From positions 488,466 through 552,465 of the forward strand of contig NMRA01000191.1 of assembly GCA_002633005.1 (NCBI GenBank): a stretch of 64,000 bases of DNA, given 5' to 3'. The translations under genes and the position numbers were made by a program. The notes beneath the pieces are model-generated. The model saw only the letters and a list, made by a program, of their open reading frames with translations, ran no database searches and was not told the origin of the DNA. The DNA is from Phoronis australis. Taxonomy: Eukaryota; Animalia; Phoronida. Positions 25,662-37,960 of this stretch are shown here, piece after piece (the stretch's first letter is position 1; each line of letters opens with the position of its first letter).

Positions 25662-27426
25662 ATGAACAGAGGTGAAATGCCCCTGAACATCCCAGTAGGT
25701 GGCGATGGTGATGGTCCTCGGAACAATCCCAACAGACCTGCGTGGACTCAAGTTTCTCAACTGTTTGTCAATGCTGTCTTCCCGGCTGTGTGCATGGGTG
25801 TTGCGGGTAAGTGATTATGCTATATTGAAACACCGTAATGTCTGTTTTTGCGAAATTGGTCACAAATTGAGATTTCACGGCAAAAGAACTAGCAATTGTT
25901 ATTGTTCGAGACAAGGCTCTACAACTTAGGCTGTCTTGTTGCGCATGATCTCAATGAACAACAAACTGGACGTTCTTTGCAAACCCAGAGGTCTCTTCTT
26001 ATCAGAGTAAGAAACAAGGTGATGCCACTTTTATATCAATAAGTTAACAGTTTATTTGCTTGGACGGAATGTGCATGCTAAGAATTGTACGATGACTCTT
26101 GGCTTACCTCAAAATCCAACTCTGCCTGTTGGTTTGCTAATTGGCCCAATTATGTTGCGCACCCAGCAGAATTAATGAGGAACGTATTATTGCAACATCA
26201 AACAAATGTTTTAGGTTATAAAAGTCACATTCCTTGTCTATTTTTCAAAGTTCAAAAACCTAAACTCCTGTATAAAATGAGCACAAGAAAATACCTTGAA
26301 CTTATTTTGTATGAAATGCGACAATTACCATATTATGACAAGTCTTGGTTTCCCGTATTAACAATAAGTGGAAAGGATATCCAGCTTAAGTGGTTGTTTT
26401 AGTGATTAGCAGTCATTACTTTTCCAAAGGTTTTGCTTTAAAAAAGTCTGTCTCTGCAGATAGCGCGATTTATTCATGAAAAGTGAAAAATTTGGTCTTC
26501 CTCTCCCACTTCACAATGTCTGAATGAATGTTTTTCCAAGTCATTATAAATGTATCACGGACTAGGAATAATTTCCAGAACTTATCTCACTAACTAACAA
26601 AGGTGTGTATATTTTCAGAGACTTGGCACTTTTGCTCAAGCGAAATTAAATTATATTTCAGAAATTGTTGTGTGGAGCACAAGACAAAATTTCTGACTTA
26701 AGTCTTTTAAGACTTAAAAGTCACTTTTCATGTAACACAACCCAGACCTATGTTGATGACGTCTCATATTTTACAGGTTACTTTGCTACCCATAATCTGA
26801 AACTGTCCGTAGAGCTCCGTCAATGCAGGAAGAGGGAAGAAGAGGTTAAAGAATATATGAAGGCCAAGGAACACACGATGAAGGAGCGGGACACGTTCAA
26901 TGCTACAGTCATGGACTTGGAGAAGCAAGTGGTCGGTACGGTGGACAAGGACTTGGCAAAATTACAAAAAGATTTTGAGGACTCAAAATCGGAGGTGTCT
27001 CGGCTGAAATCTCTCTTGTCTCATTCTGTGAGAAAGTCCGAAGCTATCTGTTTGATCGATACGATAGAGCATGAACAAGAGTGTATGCGGAAATCTCTCA
27101 GTGAATCATTAGAAGCAAAGAAGTGTGATATATTGAACATCTTGGACATTGCATGTAGTCCCATAAGAGCCAGGGATAGCAGAACTGTGCTTCAGCAAAA
27201 TCTTGTTGATAATGTCAGTCACCCATCTTCAATTTTGGCTCCAATACATATGGCCCCAGATTTGTGTGAAATTTTTGAATACGATACCAAGTTTTGCGGG
27301 TTGAATAAGTCACAGAATGGAAAAATTTGGAGAATCTACGCTAAACTTTGGGAAGAAAAGGCAGAAAAAATGAAGTATAAACGTGCGTGGGAGGATTTGA
27401 AAGAAGCATTTGCTAGCAACAGCTAA
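25662..27426 (+). CDS. CCDC127: Coiled-coil domain-containing protein 127, 264 aa, 2 coding exons
   Basis: Exons 25662-25806 (donor GTAAGT, phase 1) and 26777-27426. The N-terminal hydrophobic segment and coiled coil end in EIFEYDTKFCGLNKSQNGKIWRIYAKLWEEKAEKMKYKR, matching the recalled CCDC127 C-terminus DIFQHDTYCG...NKRQNGRLMWLYLKYWELVVELKKFKR. Candidate small 5'UTR exons lie at ~25399-25423 and ~25505-25527. Confidence 0.88.
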
Positions 27427-27709
27427 AAAGCCTTTACCACTGAATTATGAGGCCTTTCAAGTTACTATATTTTGCTAATGTTATCAAAAAATCGAATTGT
27501 GCCAGTTATCTTCTCAAGTTGGTCTGTTTGTATGAATGTTTTTACCTTCTTAATAGGAACTGACGGAACTTTCAATGACAGTGATGAATTAGTGTTAAAT
27601 ATTTAGATGGTAGAAATGAAATTTTACATTCCTTAAGTCAATGTTATCCCCATCAGGCATTATTTTTAACTATGGTGTCGGTGGGAGAACTCCAAGTGTC
27701 ATTTGATAT

Positions 27710-28955
27710 TGGTGACCTTGATATAATTTTCAAGGTCAAAGTGAGAAACCATGTTTTGTTAACGTGATGTCTCTAGAAGAAAGCTTTACCTTTGCTTTTT
27801 ATCGTACTCCCGCATTGTATAGGTGGCATATCTCCAGGCGCCAGTTAATTTTGGCAACTTTGAGCTCGTTTACAAGAATTGTACCAGGAAAATGTTGGTG
27901 TAATAGAAAGGAAGCATTGCATTTTGTTTATATCGTTTACCACAGTGTAAGGGTGGTGCCAGTCGATTCATAGCGAGAAATTTAAAAATGTTGTTCATGT
28001 TTTATACTGAGATGTAAGTAGAGCATCACCAGCCAGCACAGACCTCATTTTTTAGGTTACAATGTGACAATCAATTCTTATTCATAAATTGTTGGCATAA
28101 TATCGTTACATTTGATCTACGTTGTGCACAGAAGTGTAAGTGGGGCATCTTTAGTTTCCAGTTGACATTGGCAACCTTGACCTCATTTTCAAGGTCATAA
28201 TGATTATAAACCATGTTTTGTCTAAAACAAACTTTCTAGTTTTTGGGCACGTTGACCTTTCCAAAATGGCGTTATTGTAACCAATTTTACCTCTGACAAA
28301 TGGCAAGAAACCAATAATTCACCTAGACAAATCCAACCAGGACATTTTCTCAAAGTTTTGAGTTGAAACTTTCACACAGTGACCCAATACTTATTGAGTC
28401 AGATGTAAAGCAATAGTATAGGCCTTGGAAAGGGCAAAAAGTTAATAGAAAAATCGTAATTTTCCCCTTTCTGCCCATTTAGTTCCCATTTCCACAGACA
28501 GGTTTGATTTTCCAAACACTATCGATTTTTACAAATTAGGTTTGATTTTTACGAATCTGGTTTGATTTTTATGAATTGGGTTTGATTTTTACGAATTAAG
28601 TTTGATTTTTACGAATTAAGTTTGATTTTTACGAATTAAGTTTGATTTTTCTATTAACTATTTTTTGCCCTTCCGCGGCCCATGCAATAGCAAACTATCA
28701 TTTTTTTTCTCAGTGAGCCTGAGATAACTGAGTGACTAAGATGATGTAATTTTTATGATTGTCTGTGTGGCCTAAATCAAAAATTGTTTTTTACAGAAAG
28801 CATGGGTTTAATGCCACTTTAAGGGTTCTACTGGAAAAATGTTGATGCCGTGATTACTCACAAAGGGAGATCTAGATTTTTCTTACTTTTACTGACGTGG
28901 AGCATGTTTGTGCGCCAGTCAAATGTGGTGACCTTGGCCTCATTTTCAAGGTCAT
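27710..28955. repeat. Three dispersed copies of a GACCTTG...TTTTCAAGGTCA mini-hairpin motif
   Basis: Copies at ~27712-27738, ~28173-28197 and ~28928-28954, probably pieces of one old repeat. Confidence 0.5.
28417..28684. mobile_element. TIR element with internal 20-bp tandem array and 6-bp TSD
   Basis: Inverted ends TATAGGCC...GGGCAAAAAGTTAATAGAAAAATC / GATTTTTCTATTAACTATTTTTTGCCC...GGCCCATG. About 7 GTTTGATTTTTACGAATTAA units at 28501-28650. CAATAG on both flanks. Confidence 0.7.
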
Positions 28956-30674
28956 AATGAGAAATGTAGAAATTCAGCCAAGAAAATGTTAGAGCCATAT
29001 ATGACAAGAGGGCAGCTTTCTTCTAGCTTATCTTTACACAAAAAAATCATGATGGAACAAAATTGTAGCCTTAAGAATGCACATCTCAAGGAGGTGGCTG
29101 ACACATGTGCTAACCCTGTGGCATACGGTAGGCCTATGCTTGTTTACAAAACCAGCCAATCATGTGAAATTGATAAGCTACATGCATACAGATTGTTGTC
29201 CCAGTGGCCTTTTGTCCAGCACTGCCAGTACAGGCCAATTATCTACTTAGCTTTTTAAAGTCGTTGCTAATAAGATAATTTCCGTATGGTACATCAAAGG
29301 ATCTTTTGACAAAGAAGAAGGCACTTGAGAACCAGTCAGCCACAGATGTTTATAAGATACAGGATTGGCTGAGGCAAACTAACTCTCCAGTTCCTACTAA
29401 TCCTTCAATGGAGACTGAACTCCCTGGTTGGATGTGTCCATGGACTTGTGTATAAGGATGTACAGTAACCTATAATATCTATAGTGTGTACTGACGTGGA
29501 GCCATGGTTAAGTGTTCAGCTGGGATGGTAATTCGGTTGACTTCAGTAATTTGAATGTGCCTTAAGGTTCAGTCCTTGTACTAAGTCTTGCTGAAATTAC
29601 ATATGAATTTAATAAAAAATGTTTAACAATCTTTGACCAAGGGTTTTAATAACGGTTTTACTGATTTTGTATTACGATTTTATATGCTCTGCTTACTATT
29701 TATTGCTTGTTGACACATTCCTTCGAGTCGGTGATAACAGCTGGTAAGAACCGTCAAGAATCTATATTTTTCCAATGGTGTCGACTAGATTGTCAAGAGG
29801 TTGCTAAGCTGTTACCTAAACAATCCTCGGCTGTCTGGGCTTTCAAATGCTTTTAGGACAGGTAACGCTGAACAAAAATTATGCCTGGCAAGGCGGGAAG
29901 TTGTGACCCCTGTCGAAGAGTACCTGTACCGTGAATTTCCGAAAATAGACTGCCTACCCCAAAGTACGCAAAAAGTGGGCGTATTTTCGGAAATTTTTCT
30001 GAAAGAGTACTCCCGCGGCGTATTTTCGGTACACGGTTTACATGTTTTAAAAATCTGATGGATCGTATGTGATACGTTTTGTTGTAAAGTTTTGTTTATT
30101 TTGGCAAGCCAATGTATTTTAGGATCGCCGATTTCACTCAAATGAAGTACATTTAACAAAATATTTGTTGTTAACTATACCGTATTACGTTAGCAAACTA
30201 AATGTGAAGGACTGTTTCACAACTCACACTGCGAAATAAGTATGGACGAATAAAGGTCTTGCTAGTATATACATAAGAAAATAACGTGCCATTTCAAAAA
30301 AGTCACAACTAATGTTTGGTCAAAAAAGCTGCACAGAAATGTCTGTTGCAAACGTTATTGGTTAATGTGCTAGGCTCTCTCTCTCTCCATCATCTCAGGA
30401 GTGAGTCTTCAAATTTATCCCCTTAGCTGACATTTTCCCGAAAACGTCGCTCTAGTCGACTGGCGACAGTTGATGCACGCGAGTGTTGGCTTACGTAGTA
30501 AAGGTTTTGCGGAAGTCTATTCAAAATGGGTCCCCTTCGCTGATTGTCGTTCTAACTGACTAACTTTAAAGGCTGACCGCCCGCTAGCTCTAGGCCTACA
30601 GCACGTATCATAAAATGTTTGACATCCCCCTTTCCGAAAATTTGATGTTTCTGAAAGATCATATCTGCCCATAG

Positions 30675-30904
30675 CATGCGTGCACTCAGCTTAAAAAATG
30701 GGGGCTCGAAATTGTGAGAATGTGGACCTTTTGGGCCTACTACCAAAAACGGCCCAGTTTGGGTACATTCGCCCGCGAATTTTGGTAGTTCGTGCCGTAG
30801 TCTCGTTTTCTACTTTTTCAGACTTTTTGTTTCTCTGAGGCGGACCTTTTATCCCACTCCGCCAAATTAGGGGGGCTCGTTTGAGCCCCCTGGGTGAGCG
30901 CATG
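30675..30904. mobile_element. MITE, CATGCGCGCACCC family, 5-bp TSD, just upstream of CCDC43
   Basis: Ends CATGCGTGCACTC / GGGTGAGCGCATG; CATAG on both flanks. Confidence 0.8.
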
Positions 30905-31016
30905 CATAGGTCTGTTTTCGGAATCTTCGGGCTGGAGGTAATCGCAAGCGAATACAACCTGCCGGTGTCAAAGGCAAGAGCTCTCCTCTTTGTAGGATAA
31001 GAAAAAGGGTTTCAAA

Positions 31017-34000
31017 ATGGCGACTGCCATGTCGGACGTGTTTTCCGAATGGTTATCGTCAACGTTGTTTGAAATAAACCCTGACATTGATCTAAAAGTA
31101 TTCGTTTCATACATTCAAGTTGTACTAGAAGACGAGGAAGATGACCGAGAAGAGTCATTGTCTAGTTTTTTGAGAGAAGTTATGGTACACAATAACTTAT
31201 GCGCACATCCATTTGAATTGAATGATTTTGAAATTGAATATTGATGGTCATCGTTTAGCAATGATGTCTCACGATGACATTATGTGCTGTGCGATCTTGC
31301 CAGTCAGCCTCACTCTGCCTCTGATATATTGATACAAGACACTTACGAAGAAGCAATATCATGAGAGTCTGAGGTGCCATAAAAGCGAAGCTCACATGAT
31401 CGCACAGTCACTGATACTATCTTCACTCTTTCAGACTTCACCAGTGTTTACTTGCTAGTGGCTTGTGACTGGAGTGGGCCCCTGATTTGTGAACTGTCTG
31501 ACAATCTTAACCTTCATGTTAGGCAACTTTTCGAAATCAAATGTAGGGAAACCCAGTCACGGCAAGCCAATGGGCGTGTTCAGTTCACCATCCATTTCTT
31601 AGCTTAAATTTACTGTCCCTGCGTTGTGGTACATAGTTAGTTCTAAACTGCAATACACAATCCCAGTAACCAGGAAATGCACAAGTGAAGATTAGTCTTA
31701 GCTTGCCCTAGTAAAATTACTTGGGAAGTAAATACCCTGATGGTTCTTAAAAAATAGATACAGGTGTCCTCCATGAAGTCAAGAAATATTAATTCCTATT
31801 TAAATACCTACAAATTGTGAAAAAATATTTCCAAATCGATACCAAATATCTTGAAAAGTACACCCATTTCGTATGAAAAGAAATTTGTGTCATATGATGA
31901 ATACTGTTGGTTCGGTGTCAATGTTCTTATCCTTTCTGTTGAATGTTAATACAAGGGACGTGGCTGTGCGATTGGTAAAAAGTCAAAAATAAAAATTAAA
32001 TTCAACATGCCTTCTGCCTTCACAAAATTTATACTTTTATTGACTTAAAATCTAGGGTTATGTATGTATGGGTGTTCTCCATACTCTAAATTCAAACAAT
32101 TCAGGTTTACAACCACTAGACAGTGTACAGCACATGCATATCATAATGAGTACAATACTTTTTGTTCAAAATGAAAACAGTCAATTGTGTCATGTGCCAT
32201 TTAAACAGGACAGAGGCAAACTCAAACAAGTCATGGCGACATTAAAACAGACACTGTACATATTTGTTTAAATGCATGTATTTGTCAGTGATGTTCTACA
32301 TAACATTAAGTTCAATATATTCTTCAGGATTCCAAAGCAGTTCAACCCATGTGCAATGAGATCCTTCGGAAATGGTCGGAAATTTCGCAATTTAACTCGT
32401 CTAACTCTGCTGAAGGTACAGACTTGGTTTCCTGGAAACCTCTTCAACAGCTGAAAATTATTACCATCTCGTCAACATGAACAACAGTATCCCTGTTTAC
32501 CCTGATACATTACATTTTATTGTATGCTGACTACTTATGAAGTTCTTTGAATGTTTTGGAAATGACACCATTGTGATTTTTGTTGTCCATTTCAGTAATG
32601 AATTATGATAAAAACCCTTCAAGATCACAAACACCATAAATTAAAGTTGGTTTTACATAGTTGTGCATTTGCATAGTTGTGCATTTGCGTAGTTGTGCAT
32701 TTGCATAGCTGTGCATTTGCATGGCTGTGCATTTGCATAACTGTGGCTGGAACATACAAGTGTTTGTCATGAAGTGGCAACCCTGATGTTCTGTCACCAC
32801 CCACAAAAGATTTAGTGGGTACTGAAAAAGTGATTATGATTTTGTTTGAAATTTTGCATGTTATCACAAATGTACTGCAATTTTCTCACACGTTAACCAA
32901 ATTTAGGTGTGTGCAAAATGTTTATTTTTTTGTTTCCTTGCAGGTACAAAAACAATAGATGACAAATTCGTGGATTTGTTAGAAAAACACAAGGTTGCGG
33001 AAACCAAAGTCAAAGTACTAACGGCCGAGGAGAAGGCACGCAAGGATGCCATATTGGCTCAGTACTCGCAGATTTCTGATGGCGAGGAAGAGCAGGATGA
33101 CGACACGCCATCTGGTGGAGATGGTATCCTTTTGTATCAATGGTTTGATGCTGATTAGAAATGATTTCTAGGCTTGAGAAGAACTTACTGATTGTTTAAA
33201 TTAAGGCAATGATTATGAAGTTTGTTTTTCACAGCCGGGTTATTTTCAGCCTCTGAAGTAGTATGGCTGTCAGAGGAATTCTGTGATTTTCATTGCGACC
33301 AGTTTCAATTGGTTCAGAGGATAAGAACACGCCTACGCAGTGGCATTGCTGCGGAAAAGTAAGTACACCTCTCAGTGAATAAAGTTGTTTTTGTTACCAG
33401 AATATAGTTCATAAAGGCTTTAATGTACTTTGATGGGTAATAGTATGATATGACGTGCTCGCATTTTGAGAACCAGTTTAACACCCGTTATTCAGTGGAG
33501 AAAACTGGTTCTCAAAATTAGGGGTCGTTATATCAGACCAGATGTCTAAAGAAAAAGTTCTTTTTAGCAGGATACATGTGTTTGAGTGGGGTGAAATGTG
33601 TTTGTAAAGGAAACGTATATTAAACTTTTTTGGCATGGGCTGTGAACCACTCATACTGTGGTACACAAAATTGCTCAAGACACAAAAATTCCCAGCATAA
33701 TATTGTAAGCCAAAATCAGTGGATCACGTGATCCTTAAGGTTACATGTATGGTGTACCCCTAATTGCTATACTATATTTATCCTAAAATATCTAATTAAC
33801 TAGCCACTGTCAACCCATGAAAGTATATATTTTCCAAAAGTAGAAGTCCATATGAATTCATCTATGTCATCTACAACATTGTGCCATTGTTGTGGTCCTG
33901 TTAGTTGGCGTTTTGGGTGTAAAAGTTCTGTTTTTGAAAGGTACACCAATAACAAATTGTTTCTATAACCTTCATCATTAAGACTTTGGACAACAAAACT

Positions 34001-35190
34001 GTTCGTGGTGGCTTTGACGGCTGGTGAAATGTGCTCAAAGACACTTCTATAGGTCATGTTCTTGGTGGCTGTGACGGCTGGTGAAATGTACTCAAGGACA
34101 CTTCTATGGGTCATATTCTTGGTGGCTGTGACGGCTGGTGAAATGTGCTCAAGGACACTTCTATAGGTCATGTTCTTGGTGGCTGTGATGGCTGTTGAAA
34201 TGTGCTCAAGGACACTTCTGTAGGTCATGTTCTTGGTGGCTGTGACGGCTGGTGAAATGTGCTCAAGGACACTTCTATAGGTCATGTTCATGTTTTCGTC
34301 AGTTACGTAAACTTCATGAGACTGGATCAATTAATCGGCATTTTTTGCACACTTGCCGGAGTCAGAGAAATAAATTGCTGTGTCGCGTGACCATCACAAG
34401 GCGGTGCTTATGAAATTAGGTCACCTCATATAGCAGTGCGTCAGTGAAAGTGATTGAAAGGTAGAATTATTGCCGAGGAAAATGGCAGTGTCAAAGACAA
34501 GACGAAATTTGGTTGTCTCAGAGAGAAGTACGCAATGAAACTTCTGAATTTGAGTGATATGTGTGTTGAATTTTTTCAGTAGCTGAGTAACAATTTCCTA
34601 AACTGTGCTACAGAGACTGGCTGTAGGGCTGACAAGCGTTCTGTTACACAATGACATTTCTAAAAATAACTTACGGTTTAGGTATCACCTAGGATTGATT
34701 GCGAATTCTAGGTGTCACAAAGGTCAATGTTTTAACGCACAGAAGTTGTCTCCCCAGTTCTAATAACGATACTTATAATCACTGTCGGAAGGGAGTAAAG
34801 TATCACTCCAATCATGGCCTTCAGGATTTATGCCGAGGGGGTTTACTTGAGTATAATGCACATGCTGTAGTTGATTAGGATTGTTCTGTGGTCGCTTTCC
34901 GCATATTTTGTCCTCCAGGATGACGAAAATTCTTTCTTTCCTTTTTGTTATTAATATCGTTTTGTCTGATCAGATGTATAATCCTTAACTCTAGTTTAGT
35001 TCTAGGATTCAGAAACACTAACGTAGAATCAGTGGATAAAGATGTGCAGGAAGCGAGACTGAAAATGAAAGATGCTCATGATAAAAAGAAGGAGAAAGAC
35101 AAAATGGAACGTGAAAAACAGAAACAGAAAAAAGAGGACAGAAAGGAGGCAGAGAAGAAACGAACACAGAAAGGCGAAAAGAGGCGATAG
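31017..35190 (+). CDS. CCDC43: Coiled-coil domain-containing protein 43, ~208 aa, 4 coding exons
   Basis: Exons 31017-31184, 32328-32415, 32944-33123 and 35000-35190, with consistent phases (627 nt). Motifs FSEWL, CNEILRKWSE, EEKARKDAILAQY, FRNTNVE and C-terminal EKKRTQKGEKRR match CCDC43. Confidence 0.94.
32656..32740. repeat. 16-bp tandem repeat, ~5 copies
   Basis: Unit CATAGTTGTGCATTTG in CCDC43 intron 2. Confidence 0.9.
33124..34999 (+). other. U12-type (minor spliceosome) GT-AG intron in CCDC43
   Basis: 5' splice site GTATCCTTT at 33124. Branch point TCCTTAAC at 34982-34989, followed within ~10 nt by an in-frame AG and no polypyrimidine tract. Confidence 0.88.
34007..34288. repeat. 57-bp minisatellite, ~5 copies
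   Basis: Unit GTGGCTGTGACGGCTGGTGAAATGTGCTCAAGGACACTTCTATAGGTCATGTTCTTG. It explains the repetitive minus-strand ORF 33800-34330. Confidence 0.92.
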
Positions 35191-37960
35191 CGGACCTCAC
35201 TGGAACAATGTTGCCCAGGTGCTGTTAGTAGTGTGCAAACAAAGTTTGTAACCTATGACCATGTGATTTTGAAGATATTACATAGCTATTGCCTGCTAAG
35301 TTATGAATTTGAGATCAGTTTTTTCGAAGCTATTGTATAGCTGCTGTCTGCAGTTAGGAAACATCTAGCTTGATGTTAGATTACCCGAGACATCCAGGAT
35401 AACTACTGTGTCTTGGGTGCTGTAGATTGAATATTTAACATTCTATACATACTTATGTGAAATTAGACATTGTCTACACACGAGTCTATATTTGTAAGTT
35501 ATTTCCCATTTTGTTCTGTTTATTGGTATCTGATGTGTGTCTACTGACTGCATCTTCTATATTCAAGCTTTTATTATGTTCATCTTGGAACTTAGGATAG
35601 TTTGTAATATTGTGTTCTCTAACTCAGGCCTACACATCCAACTGCAGATGGGGATTTTGTAGTTAGTGGATCTTTACCCTTATTCTTAGCCACCTGTACT
35701 TCACCTCCGGTGGTCAAAGATACGGTCCGTTTTGAATGAACGAAAGACAAAATGGCCTCAGGTGCCGGTGACTAGACCTCAGTTGTGCTTTCATTGGCAA
35801 TTACCTTGAAGTGCAGGGTGGTTAAAATACTGAGGGTGAAGACTGGTACAAATGAAACACATTTATATCATTATTTATTGTTTGTGTTAAAAATGTTTTG
35901 GATGGCATGTCTAAATATCGTTGTAGTGGTCAGAAAATGGTCAACCAGTGGACAGATGTATCATCGGTTACGTAATAATAAACTGTATTTACTTCATGTA
36001 TACTTATATGGATCTAAGATGGTTTATACGGTTATAAGTGGCTCCTAAAATGTGCAAGTTGTTGTCAGGTTAATCTCAAAATGTCTAGTTGATGGCAGAA
36101 CTAGTATATTAGTATATTAGGAATTATGCAGTCTTCAGTTTTCAGTTGCGTATAGGAACCAGTGCTTAGTTACACGCAGGAATTCAGAAAAAGTGTTGTG
36201 GTGAATATGAGATAGCAGATGAAGTATTCCCGCCACTTTGCTAATTAATGCAAAAACTTCTTTTGTCTTGTTATTGTAAAATCCTACCAATTTCGGAGGG
36301 AAGCAATTGTCAGAATTGCCATTTTGAAAATCTTCTGGCATTGTTCTGAATTCCCACAGCTTTTCAAAACATTGTGTAGTTGTAGTTGTGGTACACGGTT
36401 TAAAAATGGTAAAGCGTTGTTTTATTGCCACTTGTTGTGTAAGAAAACATTCGCTCATTCGTCATATCATGTCCTAAGTTGGTCAGGTTTTACCTCCATC
36501 GTGATTCTGCCTTTTTATTGGAGAAACACCGATTGTAACTTTACAGGTAAAAATTAGGAACTTTGTCACTCTAGATTTAGAAAATTTACCTACGGCCAGA
36601 AACATAGTTCGAGTTTGTTCTGATTTTTTATTGATGTGATAGTGCTGTATAATTTAGTTGTTAATTTTTCTTACTTGGCAAGCCTTGCTGTTTAAAACCT
36701 TGCTTGCTTGAGCTTATGTGGCCTTTGAAAAGACCTTGACCTTGCCTGAAACTGATGCAGGCACATGTTTTTTCTAAATTACCGGTAGTGTGTCACAGAA
36801 TCAAAATGAGTGAGTAGCAGACCAGAACCAACTGTGTTTTTTGGCCTAAAAAGTGAAAACACTTAGGCCAGTCCCTTCAATATAGGACATTGGCTGGAAA
36901 ATTTGACATATTTTCATTTTCAAGGACATTTTTGGTTTATAAGAGCACCATTAATTTATATTCATATTCTTTAAAATCAATAACTCTCATTCACTTGGTC
37001 CCGAAATATCAAGAAAGTGTTCATCTGATATCCAGGCCATCTGTGCAACGATATGTGGCCGTCAACAGGAAGTTCTAGTCATTTGTTTTCATTTTTAATG
37101 TTTCAGTGTGTTTGCACCTTGTCTGCCATGTATAGTCAGTGCTGCTGTTATTGTATGCAAGTGAACTTTAGATGCTACAGTCAATATGTCCTTCGAATTG
37201 ACAAACTATCCATACATTACATGTCAGGGTGCTGAATCTTTGCTTTTTCGCCATTCGTGATTGGTTTCGCTTTGAAACTAGCCCGGCAAGATTTTACAGT
37301 TTTGCAATTTTTTCGTAAACACGATTTGGTCATTGGCGTTTGATTCGGCATGTTTTCGATTTTTTTTTGGCCTGCACACAGATTGTTTCCCAATTATCGT
37401 TACAGAATGCAAGGAGACTGTACGTTGGAGATTTTTTGTACGTGATCAAAGATCACGATTCGTTTCTATGTATCACGTACACGAATTCGGTGCTATTTGA
37501 ATTTCAGCTCTCTTACTCGCTGAACTCGGGTCCTGCAAATTTAAACTTACGGTAAAGTGTCACAAATTCAAGACGCAGTATGACTGACAAATGATTTTTT
37601 TTTTCTTTTTCCATGGGTGACATGTTGAACCAAATGAATGGTTCTGTAACATAGCTATCTCTGGCAAGTGTTCCTGAGAAATTGTGGGCATTGGCAACAT
37701 TGTTCGAAGTGTTTGAAATTGGCGAGACTACGTCATCATGAAGTGCAGTGCTGTGCTCCAGTCAGTGGCACATTAAGTTTATAATTTATTGTTTCAAAAT
37801 AATTTTTAAAATGGAATGACTTTTACTTTTCAATCATTTATTTACACGAAACCAATAACTTATATACAGACATTTATATACCCTAAATGTGACACTTTAC
37901 TTAGTAACAAGAAATAACTTAAGGAGTCCGATTAACCCGCCACAAACTGTGAAAAACACG

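Noticed and set aside
26665-26776. N-terminal part of the 253-aa ORF
   Set aside because: Intronic read-through; the exon starts at the acceptor before 26777.
28501-28650. Regular repeats that could suggest a CRISPR array (also 34007-34288 and 59255-59538)
   Set aside because: Units are head-to-tail with no unique spacers, the context is eukaryotic, and there are no cas genes.
33800-34330. 176-aa minus-strand ORF with 19-aa repeats
   Set aside because: It results from a 57-bp minisatellite inside a CCDC43 intron; no other coding evidence.
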